64,000 bases of DNA, from NCBI GenBank assembly GCA_963514005.1, contig OY740814.1, forward strand, positions 13,392,001 to 13,456,000. The letters run 5' to 3'. Positions within the stretch are counted from its first letter, which is position 1. Every line of letters begins with the position of its first letter. The notes under the pieces were generated by a model. The model was given only the letters and a program-made list of their open reading frames with translations, searched no databases and was not told the DNA's origin. The translations under genes were made by a program, and so were the position numbers. Below are positions 47,801 through 58,100 of this stretch, piece by piece. This stretch comes from Raja brachyura. Lineage: Eukaryota.

Positions 47801-48352
47801 GTTTCCACATTGTATCACTAAACTAAACTGGGGGATTAGAAATGCTGAACTTGTTTGTGATTGTGGGGAATGGCTAGCTTGGGTCTGGTGTACAGTCTAG
47901 ACTTATAGTAATTAGCATGACTAATGGCTGAACAGTCTTTGAGACCTCACTTGAAGATCTCACTGGGAGTGCAATATGAGTGCAGTATGGATGCCTCTGC
48001 TGGACACCTTGATTAGGTACTGTCTGCGCCTCGGCCTCCAATCTGCACTGAGCAAACATTTTAAAAGCTTCCAGTCCCTTAGTCTATGTTTATTTTGCAG
48101 GAACTGAATCGGTTAAGAAAGGCAGCTCTTGCCTTTGGATTTTTGGACCTTCTGAAAGGTGTGGCAGACATGCTGGACCGCGAGTGTACGCTCCTCCCAG
48201 ACACGGCGCATCCCGACGCTGCCTTCCAGCTCTCCCATGCTGCCCAGCAGCTGAAGCTGGCCAGCACTGGGAACTCTGAATATGCAGCTTATGAACACAA
48301 TATCACTCCGCTGCAGACAGACTTTTCCAGCAGCAGCACTGACAGAATTTGA
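38663..48352 (+). CDS. INTS14: Integrator complex subunit 14 (INTS14/VWA9), 11 coding exons, 518 aa
   Basis: Exons sum to 1557 nt. N-terminus MPTVVLLDVSLSMTRPV (VWA MIDAS-like DxSxS), C-terminus ELNRLRKAALAFGF...SSSTDRI*; very close to the vertebrate protein. Confidence 0.98.
40119..40226 (+). CDS. INTS14: INTS14 coding exon 2 (ESLSTVDDYDKTCLE...IPCQ)
   Basis: ttacag / gtaact. Confidence 0.96.
40305..40598 (+). mobile_element. HE1-like V-SINE (tRNA-derived)
   Basis: A-box cggtggcgcag, B-box ggttcaatcc, V-domain gtttgtacgttctccccgtg, CR1-derived tail gggccaaagggcctgttt. Confidence 0.85.
41375..41530 (+). CDS. INTS14: INTS14 coding exon 3 (VIIVTDGSLGIGRGSL...NLEE)
   Basis: ccacag / gtacgg. 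Confidence 0.96.
41661..41779 (+). CDS. INTS14: INTS14 coding exon 4 (LQSTDTLD...VQSMF)
   Basis: ttccag / gtacgt. Confidence 0.96.
41995..42137 (+). CDS. INTS14: INTS14 coding exon 5 (KLIDQAYSPFHAVLKCG...SINT)
   Basis: ccgtag / gtgtgt. Confidence 0.96.
42150..43060 (-). mobile_element. CR1 LINE fragments (minus)
   Basis: Reverse-complement CR1 tail (gacccttcggcccaac) and decayed ORF2. Confidence 0.7.
43565..43657 (+). CDS. INTS14: INTS14 coding exon 6 (LDIVGFIK...PIALTK)
   Basis: ttttag / gtgagg. Confidence 0.96.
44435..44579 (+). CDS. INTS14: INTS14 coding exon 7 (GDDLGG...FCVLLHGSLKVEGMVAIVLL)
   Basis: tgttag (TAGAAG tandem acceptor) / gtgagg. Confidence 0.95.
45371..45504 (+). CDS. INTS14: INTS14 coding exon 8 (PDWYGMLYSQADSKKK...GPIL)
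   Basis: ccccag / gtgagt. Confidence 0.96.
45584..45702 (+). CDS. INTS14: INTS14 coding exon 9 (AEENPYGEDD...KPSGLQ)
   Basis: tttcag / gttggt; preceded by a 79-nt intron. Confidence 0.96.
45793..46087 (+). mobile_element. HE1-like V-SINE
   Basis: ggtggtgcagcggtag A-box, ggttcgatcc B-box, V-domain, (aacta)n tail. Confidence 0.87.
46100..46900 (+). mobile_element. CR1 LINE 3' fragment with an internal tandem duplication
   Basis: CR1 ORF2 end; the tggaacgagctg...acatttaaaag block is repeated. Confidence 0.75.
47202..47267 (+). CDS. INTS14: INTS14 coding exon 10 (TDVQKILRNARKLPEKTQTFYK)
   Basis: ctttag / gtaaat. Confidence 0.96.
48101..48352 (+). CDS. INTS14: INTS14 last coding exon
   Basis: ttgcag acceptor; ELNRLRKAALAFG...STDRI TGA. 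Confidence 0.96.
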   Translation, partial: ELNRLRKAALAFGFLDLLKGVADMLDRECTLLPDTAHPDAAFQLSHAAQQLKLASTGNSEYAAYEHNITPLQTDFSSSSTDRI

Positions 48353-48517
48353 GTGAAGCGGAAGTGGTATTTTTGGTTCACTTTTGAGGACCTTTTTTGA
48401 TGTTTCAGTGCTGTGCACAGGATACAGTGAAGGACATGCGGCTGTAAAAGAACCATTGCTGCAAAATTTCTCTGGGATCTCAGTGCATCACAAGCAAGTC
48501 TACACTCTATATTTTTA

Positions 48518-48523
48518 AATAAA
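48518..48523 (+). terminator. Probable INTS14 polyadenylation signal
   Basis: AATAAA about 165 nt after the stop, followed by T/GT-rich sequence. Confidence 0.6.
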
Positions 48524-48959
48524 TAAGCTTTTGTTACTGTTGAAGCAGTTTCCGATCTCTGTAATTAGATAGCAATCTTCATGCTGAGGTTACGTGGCAA
48601 CTGGAACAAAGGTTGCAGTGTAAGATCTTTTAAATAGTGGTTGGGAAACTGTGACGTTGATCCCTGAAGGCAGCCATCTTTCATTGGTATAGGCACTCTG
48701 CACCCGTCAGCTTAATCAGAATGCAAACAAAGTTAGGGAAGAAACTCTGTGACTCTCCCAGTTTGACCTTGCGGAATCTGGACCTATGTACTGTTCTTTA
48801 CTCTCCAGCCATTTCAGTATGAAGTTTATGTTAAACAAATGAAAACTGGACAGACTATGGGAAACAAACAGAGTTGCCTTTCAGGCCCATCTCTGGCTGT
48901 TCCCCTTATGATTAAACTGTCTTTCATTCATCCCAGTTCATCACACATATCAGACTTAA

Positions 48960-49320
48960 TTTCCACTTCACACAGCCTCGGTAAAGCAACCAACATAATT
49001 AAAGATTTGTCCCACTTCGGTCATTCCTCCTTCTCCCTGCTCCCATCCCACAAAACTTGAAACTTGAAAGTGCACACCACCCGATTCAGGAACAGTTTCT
49101 TCCTCTGTTATCAGGCTTCTGAATGGTCCTACCATGGTAATGTCTGATTCACCTCTACCCCATTGTGGACAATAGACTTTACTGAGTACAATACTGAGAA
49201 CTATATCCTGCACATCTTCCCCATTGCTCTATCTATTGAGTTTGACTTGATTGTATTTAAGTATGGTATAACTGATCTATTGCAAAACAAAGCTTTTCAC
49301 TGTACCTCAGTACACATACA
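48960..49320 (+). mobile_element. Rex/Babar LINE 3' fragment
   Basis: IIKD.SH.GHS.FS.LPS, RFRNSFF..VIRLLN, caaaacaaagcttttcactgtacc tail. Confidence 0.7.
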
Positions 49321-49323
49321 CCT

Positions 49324-49602
49324 GGGGCAGCACAGTGGCGTAGAGTGTTTCAGCAGCAGAGACCTGGGCTCGATCCCAACTATGGGTGCTGCCTGCACGG
49401 AGTCTGTTCGTTCTACCTGTGACCTTGTGGGTTTCTCCAATATCTTTGATTTCCTCCCCACTCCAGACGTACAGGTTTGTAGGTCAATTGGCTTGGTATA
49501 AATGTAGCTTGTCCCTAGTGTGTGTAGGATAGTAATACGTGGGAATCGCTGGTCAGTGCGGTGGGCTGAAGAGCCTCTTACAGCACTGTATCTTTAAAAC
49601 TA
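49324..49602 (+). mobile_element. HE1-like V-SINE (older copy)
   Basis: gcacagtggcg, ggctcgatcc, V-domain, ctgtatctttaaaactaa tail. Confidence 0.8.
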
Positions 49603-52384
49603 AGCCTGGTCACTCTTTTCAATTCCTCATCTGTGCCACAGAACCACTCATTGTGCCACTGATGTACCTTCTTATTGATAGCCATTTTGTGGTTTATTAT
49701 GGGGACATATTACTTAAACTATGTATTAATCATTTAACAGTTAGCATAACATGGTCAACAATGAGATAATTATGTGACCCATTCGTTGTGGGAAGGTTAC
49801 ATGGCTAGGAACATCACCAGGATAGCCATTTGAATTATTTTTAACTGTGGCAGAAACTTTGTTAATGAGAATATTCACTATCAGATTCTGCATAATTTAC
49901 TAAGATTTTTCACTGAAACAAGAATTGCATCTCATCTCGCAAGGTCATTTTCATAACATGCATAATGCAAGCAAATATTTCAGCTCATCTAAAACTCTGC
50001 TGTCATATTCTTACCAATTCACTCATTGCTCTGAACTTATCTCATAATGAAATATCGTGGTGCACTACACTGATTACATATTCAAGTCCCACAAGCCTTG
50101 TCCCTATCCACCTCTAGCTAAAGGAGCCATAATTCCTTCCAACAACAGTATTTCTCAGTATGGCCTCTGGCATGTCCAGAGGTCCAAAACCCAAATGTAT
50201 TTCCCCAACCTCCCACCTGTGCCCATTGAGAGATTTCTTAAAACCTACATCAGCCAATCTTTGAGTAACCATTTGTAATTTTTCTCTGATGATCTTCAGC
50301 TTTGGGAAGTTTTAGTATAACCAACATTTTTGTAAGTCGACAAATCATTTGAACAAATGAATGAGATGGGCTGAGAGGAGACGAGTGTGAAGCACACCCC
50401 GGCAAAGACCAGACGAGCTATTAAAATCCGTTTATGTTTAAATGCTGCTTTACACATTCTATTTTTATACAACCTATCCTTCAAGTGTTGATTGTTAAAT
50501 AATCTGCCCTAAATGAATGAGTCAAGATCACATTAAATTTGTTCATTTACCTTGTTCAGATTTCTCCCATCATAATTATATTGGTGCTAACCACTTCGTA
50601 AAACCCGTAAAACAGCTGGAGATAATACAAAGACACTGGAGAAACACTTAACCCCAGGATTTCTTTTACCGCATCTCAATAAGCAATAAAATTATTTTTA
50701 ATGTATAAAATAGATTTCAGTGCAGTTCAAATAATGTTGTACACGCAATTATATCTATTTGATTCAATGACTGAAACAAAGCACATAAATAATTCACATT
50801 ATATCTTAAGCACATACCATGACTGATCCCATGTCAGAGTGTGGATTACTTAATTTAAAACCTGGGTTTAATTAGAGAGAGAGATAGTGTGATAGTGAGT
50901 GTGACAAGAGCAGAGAATGTAGGCAGAATGAGAGAGAATAACTAGGTGTTTCATGGTCAGAATGGACTAAATGGGCCAAAGGGCTTGTTTCTGCGCTGTA
51001 CATCTATAACACAGTAGTAACACGTCAAGTCTCATCTGCTCAGCATTGCTACTGAAATAATCTGCAAGACAACAAATGTCACCTCAGAAAACCACCACCT
51101 AAGGCAATAGAGATACAGAATAATTTTCTAGAGAAAATGCGTTGAGTCGTCATCTATGGTCCTCGAGACAGGTTAAAACCCCCAGATCCCTCCTAGACTT
51201 TACTTATTTACACATTGCTGATCTAGATTGTAACAATTATAAACCTTTTGCCAATTTATATAATCCACAACAGAGTTAGGTAATAAATGGAACCAGGATA
51301 CATGAGATTTGCAATGTACTAGAGTGGAGGAATGGCAACTAAGTTGGGACTACATTGGAAGCTGCATGATTTGAGCCTCAAGTAGGGCATTTAAACTGTT
51401 TTGAGAGACAATGTAAATGGGACCATAATTAACACTAATGTTAAGTTTTTATTTAATTACAATTCCATCTGCTCTATCTATCCCACAGGAAAGCCTATTT
51501 CCTCCAAATGCTTCACCAACAATAAATATTTGACTAAGCCACATGGTGCTGCAATGGAATTGTCTGCTTTGAAAAGCAGATTTAACAGCTTGCATATTGT
51601 AAATGATCAAATGTCTTTCAGACTATTTCAGTCGAGGGGGCTTTACTCAGATGATCTCCCCTGGCATCTCTTGCAAATGGATTTGCCAGTGACTGTGCAA
51701 AACAGCAGATTAATGTACCAATATATTTAATTAGAGATTAATAGGAACAGTCTTTCTAATTAGCTTCATGACAGAAATATTCATAAGCACGAATCTGAGT
51801 GTCAGTGTAAATTTATACAGGCGTAATAGAGGGGATGGGAAGTGGGAGGCTGTAGGGAAGCAATCCTGAAACCATGGGGGGGGGGGGGTTCAGGAGCAGG
51901 GATTGGAAGAATGGAGATTAAAACCACACTCAAAATTAATTTCACAATTCCAGAAAGGCTGAAAAAAGTTATCTGCATAAAGATATCTACTATTCACTGA
52001 GATACTATTACTCACTCTTTATTGATGTTGTGTGGAGGGGAACAAGGCCACAAAGACACATACAGATCCTGTTTGCAGTTAAATCCTGAACTAGCAGATC
52101 ATTTTAGTCACTATCAGCTGTTTCACAAAGGGAACATTTGTATTTTGTTCTAAGTAAAAGATAATTTGTCATTAATCCATTTTCTCCCTTTTATTTGTGG
52201 GTTTGCTCAAAAGGGCATTTGTTAAAGGAAAAATTAAATGTCTGGACAGGAGTATTTTTGGTGGAATCGTACTGCAGATGAACAGGTCCTTTGGTATACA
52301 CAAAAAGCTGGAGAAACTCAGCGGGTGTAGCAGCATCTAAGGAGTGAAGGAGATAGGCGACGTTTCGGGTCGAGACGTCCTTTG

Positions 52385-52825
52385 GTATAGATGTCTGTGC
52401 TGAACATGATGCTAAATTAAACTAACACCATCTGCCTGCACATATTCCATATCACCTTCATTATTTGCATGTTCATGTGTCTGCCTAAATGCCTCTTAAA
52501 TGTCACTATCACATCTGGTCCACCAGCAACTCCCACCGCCCGCTCGCTCGCACCGCCCACCCCCCTCCCCGGCAGTGCGTTCCAGACACCTACCTCTCTG
52601 TGTAAAATGAGTATCACAAATCTTTAAACTTTTCCCCTCTGATCATAAGGCTCTGCGTCCTAGTTTCTGACATTTCCACCTGGATAAGAGATTACCTTTA
52701 CCTTTATGAGAGACATTTTCTATGCCTTTCATAATTTGATGCACATCTATCAGTTCACCCCTCAGTCTCTGATGCTCCTGAGAAAACAATTCAAGTTTGT
52801 CCAATCTCTCCTTATCAGCTATCAT
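52385..52825 (-). mobile_element. CR1 LINE 3' fragment (minus)
   Basis: ORFs ERLDKLELFS..RLRGELIDV..IMKG and VGVWNALP..FKRHLGRHM. Confidence 0.8.
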
Positions 52826-53064
52826 TGCATAATTTCCATCACATGTGCCATGGAGTTAGTATCGAAATGCTTTGCAGAGCATTATAAGATGATGGGACTG
52901 AGCATATAACGTGATAACCACCACAACCCTTGTGTAAGAGCTGCCTTGTCTTGCTGCCGACTCCATTTTCAAGAGATTAATCTGGTGTTTCTCAACATAA
53001 AGTCTACAAAGCGAAATGAAAGAACAGCAAAAATCACTGGAAAATTGTATCTGCAAAGAAACAA

Positions 53065-54062
53065 GTTGGAGTAACTCAGCGGGTCATCCCTGGAGAAAAT
53101 AGGTGACATTTGGGGTCGGGACCGTTCTTCAGACGAGTCCGGGGAAAGGAAAATGAGAGATATAGACAGTGTCCCAACTATTCCACTCCACTTACCTATA
53201 ACCTCACTCCCTATGAACGTATAGTCCTCTGTAGCAACCTCAACCCCAGGAAAACCGCCGATAAGGTGGATGCCGTGGTAGTCTGGTGAGCTGACCTCTA
53301 CTGGACTGAGGCCAAGCGCCAGCTCTCGGACACCACCTCCTACTTACCCTTGGACCATGACCTCACAGATGAGCTCCAGGCCATCATTTTGCTGACTATC
53401 TCCAATTTTATCACTTCCTGCTGTCTGCTCGCCACAGCCTCCAACCTAATTGTTCTGCAGCCCCACCCAGTTTTACCTTCTACCAAAAATCCATAAACAC
53501 AACTTCCCTGGCAGACCCATTGTTTCTGCCTGCTCCTGCCCCACTGAAATCATTTCCACATACCTCGACTCTATCCTATCCCCCGTGGTCCAATCCCTGC
53601 TGACCTACGTCCAAGATAACTTCAAGTAACCCTTGCATCCCCGCTCTCTCTGTCCCATCCTAGTCGTTATACTAGTTTTACCGTCACCCTGGTGAATTTC
53701 ATTGTCTGCAACTCATTTTTACTGTGTTCACAGCTAACATTGGCCTGTTACCTTTATCATCGTTACTTTTTTGCATATTTCTCATTCAGTTGTTCTATAT
53801 CTCTCTCTATATCACCATCTATATCTCTTGTTTCCCTTTCCCATCTCCATCACAGGAGGTAGACTATCAATTGGCATGAATTCTAAACCTACTGACTCTC
53901 ACAATTATCTAGACTACACTTCTTCCCACCCTGCCTCCTACAAAGACTCTATCCCCTACTCCCAATTCCTCTGCCTAGGCCGCAACCGTGCCCAAGGTGA
54001 CTTACTCCAGCTTTTTATATCATCTTTGGTTTAAACCAGCATCTACAGTTCCTTCCTACACA
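53065..54062 (+). mobile_element. Penelope-like retroelement remnant (RT fragments, inverted 5' pLTR)
   Basis: [63 protein letters not shown]; inverted pLTR at 53065-53133 and direct pLTR end near 54000-54060. Confidence 0.88.
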
Positions 54063-55077
54063 TTAAAGCCTTCTAAAGCTGTCTTCAGAACCACTAAGTT
54101 AATGAATTTTAAAAAACCACCTGTGACGGCACAGCCAGCACACCAGATTTGTACCTGGAATTGGAGCTCCTGCTAAGATGGGCCCTGTCAAACCCACTGT
54201 GATGATTAAAAATGATTCCGCAGTGGCCACAGAAACTAGAAGTCAGCATCAGAGGTGTGAAACAGTGCAAGGCAAAAGGAAAGAGAATCAAGGAAATTAC
54301 ACAAGCCCGTTTTGAATAATTAAAGACCAGCCAGTTCTTGCATTTCACGAATGCTGTCAAAGTTTGAAAACATTCAGTCCCAATGGAACTAGAGATGTTG
54401 CCGTCAAAGTTATTGGCCACAAGGAGACCATGAAGGACTTGGAATGGACTTGAAAAGCATCATTTAAACATTACTATGGATTTGTTTGAACTGAGATATG
54501 CTAATCTTAGTGGAGGAAAGCTTGCTGAATACTCAAAGCCATATTTTATACCAAATGAATAATAACTTGAATGGGAGTCTTGTTATTACTCTTGGGAACT
54601 CACTCCAGCTTGAGATTCAACCCAGCAGATCAGTGGGCCTATGCTTGCAAGAGTCGTTTTCTGCCATTAGATAGTAACATCTCACGTGTGTGCATCATTG
54701 TGTGGTTGGTTTGGCATTCATTCGTTTCTGACAAGCATGTGTGTTGATTGCTGAATTCTAATCTAAAATGGAAGAATATGGCCAACAATACACATGAAAA
54801 GCAATTTAGGGATTGTGGAGTTTCCCGTCATCCTGGTATGAAGGAATGCATTTGGTTGTTCGAAAATACCCCCTACACCGGCAGCAAGACAGCAATGAGG
54901 TGAGAGTGACTGCACAGAAGGATGGCAGTGAAAGGGTGACTGGTTACTGAAATTTTACTGACACATTGGCATGACTTCTCTCATTTTCTACAAAATTACA
55001 TTTTTTATATATAAAGGCAAGGTTACAGTGAATTGAACTGATCAAAATGATACTTTCTCAACTCAGACACAACTCTT

Positions 55078-55154
55078 CTAGTATATCTTGTGCTTCCTTG
55101 GTCGGAGACGCTTGTTACGTTGTTTGTACAAGTGCCGAAAATTAATAAACAAAC
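55078..55154 (-). CDS. HACD3: HACD3 last coding exon (LFINFRHLYKQRNKRLRPRKHKIY*)
   Basis: minus-strand ttccag acceptor, TAG stop. Confidence 0.94.
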
Positions 55155-58100
55155 CTGGAAAACAAGGGAAATTTATCAAATACACCACAGATATTAGATA
55201 AACAAGGTGTTACAAGGGTAGCTGTTCTAATATACTCATGAAACCATAGAACTCAATGAAATGTAATCAAAAAAATTAAATGCAAAACCACCCATTGTAC
55301 GCTCTATATAACAATGGCCAGACTTCTAAAAGTCTTTCAGTGGGTGTAAAGAGCTTAGAACCTTCATGTAGTGGTAAAGGATATTATACAAATATATCCT
55401 TTATCCTCGTATATCCTTGTACGAGACCGATGCTGCTTTCTTTTACATGACCAGAGCCTTAATATCTCGTCATCATGTGTTCGATACTGCTGCCAATCTT
55501 GTCCTTCATTGGAACATGCTGGCCCTGAATTCTCTATCTGACTTTTAAAAGCATACCACTTACCATTACCTGCAAATAACCTACCCCAATCAACTTTTGA
55601 AAGCTCCTGTCTAAACATTGGCCTTGTCCCAATGCACAATTTTACTTATGGACTACTACTATCATTTTCCATTATCATCGATATTTGCAAAGTTAAAGTC
55701 CTGTACTATTGGAACCATATACCTGTGATCTCCCCCCATATTTGCTCCTATTACTCCCACTCAAGAGTGGACAACACTTGACCTTCAATTAGGAAATGAG
55801 GCAGGGGAAGTGACTGAAGTGTCAGTGGGGAAACACCTTTGGACCAGTGGCATAAAACTATTAATTATAAAATCATATTAGAACAAGATAAGAATGGTCC
55901 AGGGATGAAAGTTGTGAATTGGGGCAAGGCTAATTTTGAATGCATTAGACAGGAATTTGCAAAGGTTTATTGGGCGAGGTTATTTGTGGGTAAAGGGACA
56001 TCAGGCAAGTGAAATGCTTTTACAAGTGAAATAGGGAGAATTATTCTAGAGGAGCATATTCCTGTTAGAGTGAAGGACAAGGCTGGTAGCATTAGGGAAC
56101 ATTGGTTGACAAGGTATTGAATTACTGATCAGGAAAAAGGAGGCATATAAGCAGCTGAGATCAAGCAAATTCTTTGAGTATAAACAATGTAGCAGTACAC
56201 TTAAGAAGGGAACCAGGAAGGCAAAAAGCCTTGGAAGATAAGTTAAAGGAGAATGCTAAGCGATTCTCTATGTACATTAGGAGCAAACGCTCAACAAGGG
56301 AGAGAATAGATTCTCTTATAAAGATCAATGTGGTCATCGATATATGGAGCTGCGGGAGATGGGTGTGGATCTTAAATTAATACTTCTCAACTATATTTAC
56401 CATGGAGAATATCATGACAGCTAAGGAACTTTACAAAGAAAACTGTGGGGTCCTTAAACATATTGGAAAAGGATTTTGGCCAAAGTGGTGAAATACTTTT
56501 GATATTTCATAATTATCGGTACACCAATGGTGGCACGCAGCACACTTGACTTTATCAATCAGGCCATTGAGTACAAGAGTTTGGGCATCATGCTACAACT
56601 TTATAAGCGTAGCGAGAGTGCATGTGGAGTATTGTGTATAGTTATGCTCACCTAGATGTAGGAAGGATGTCATTGAGCCAAAAAGGGTGCAGAAAAGATT
56701 CACAAGGATGTTACTGGGACTGGAGGGCTTGAGTTATGAGGAGAGACTGAATGAGCTGGGACATTTTTCCCTGGAGCATAGCATATAATATCGTGAAGTG
56801 CATAGATGAGGTGAATGGTCACAATCCTTGTCCCAGGGCACGGAGTCAAAAAGTAGAGGGTATAGATTAAAGATGATTGGACAAAAATTTACAGGGAACC
56901 TAAAGGACAACATTTTCTGAGAATGGTGGGTATGTGGAGCAAGCTACCAAAGGAAGTTGTAGAGACAGGTACAATTACAACATTTAAAAGGCATTTAGAC
57001 AGGTACATGCAATGTAAATGTTGAGAGAAATATGGGCCAAACACAGGCAAATGGAATTAGCTCAGGTAGGCATCTTGGCTGGCAAGAACGATTTAGGCCA
57101 AATGGCCTGTTTCTGTGCTGTATAACTCTTTGCTTCAATTATCTGATTGAGTCTTCATTAAATTCTCTATAACATGAATAACACTGTGGCCAACATCAGC
57201 TTTTTAACCATTCCCTATTACACAGGAACTTAGCATATTAATCTCTAAATTAATCTTACAGACTTTTTATCGGCTGTAAGTGGAAGAGAAAAGGGTAAAG
57301 AGACATTGGACATAGTCTCCTTGTCTCATGCACAGACTCCATTTACTGTTAAGTTCTGAACTCATTTATCATTCAGATTAATGTATTGACTATTTGACAA
57401 CCTGAAATATATTAAATAAATAAGGGAATACAATCAGAGATTAGAACTTACCCAAGAACATGATAATAAGATAAACTTGTAGAAAATAGGTAAAACTGAA
57501 TGAGATGTTGAGTGGGTTGGGCAGCTGGACAGTAAATCTTCCACTTTCCTCAAAGTGCGGAATAGACTGAACCACACAGACCGCTGTGGGAGACAGGTGG
57601 GGAAATGCAAGTGAGTCTTCAAACACTAACAAATATGTGAATATAGGAAAGAGAACATCGCTACAAATTCACAAAGTGCACAGGCAGATCTATTTCATAG
57701 CTCAATCAATAGTTTAACAGTAATGTAAAAACATACAACAATTTAACAACCAACCTTCTGCAATGACTCCCAGTGGATAAAGAGGTATCCAGATGGTGTA
57801 TCGGATCCATGTCAGAATTTTCCATTCTGTTCCTATACATGATAGCATGTAGTAAGGGTACCTGTTTCAATAAAATAATGATTTATACACATTAGACTTT
57901 AGAGATACAGCGCAGCAACAGGCCCTTTGGCCCACTGAGTCCGCGCCATCCAACGATCACCCCGTATACTAACCTACACACACCAAGGACAATTTTACAA
58001 CTTACTGAAGCCAATTGATCTATAAACCTGTATGTCTTTAGAGTGTGGGAAACTGGAGCCCCTGGTCAAGATTGAACCTGGGTCTCTGGCGCTGTAGCGC

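Noticed and set aside
50551-50615. Minus-strand exon-like segment (ctccag...aag|gtaaat) between INTS14 and HACD3
   Set aside because: Stops in all three frames and no linkage evidence; could be non-coding but is unsupported.
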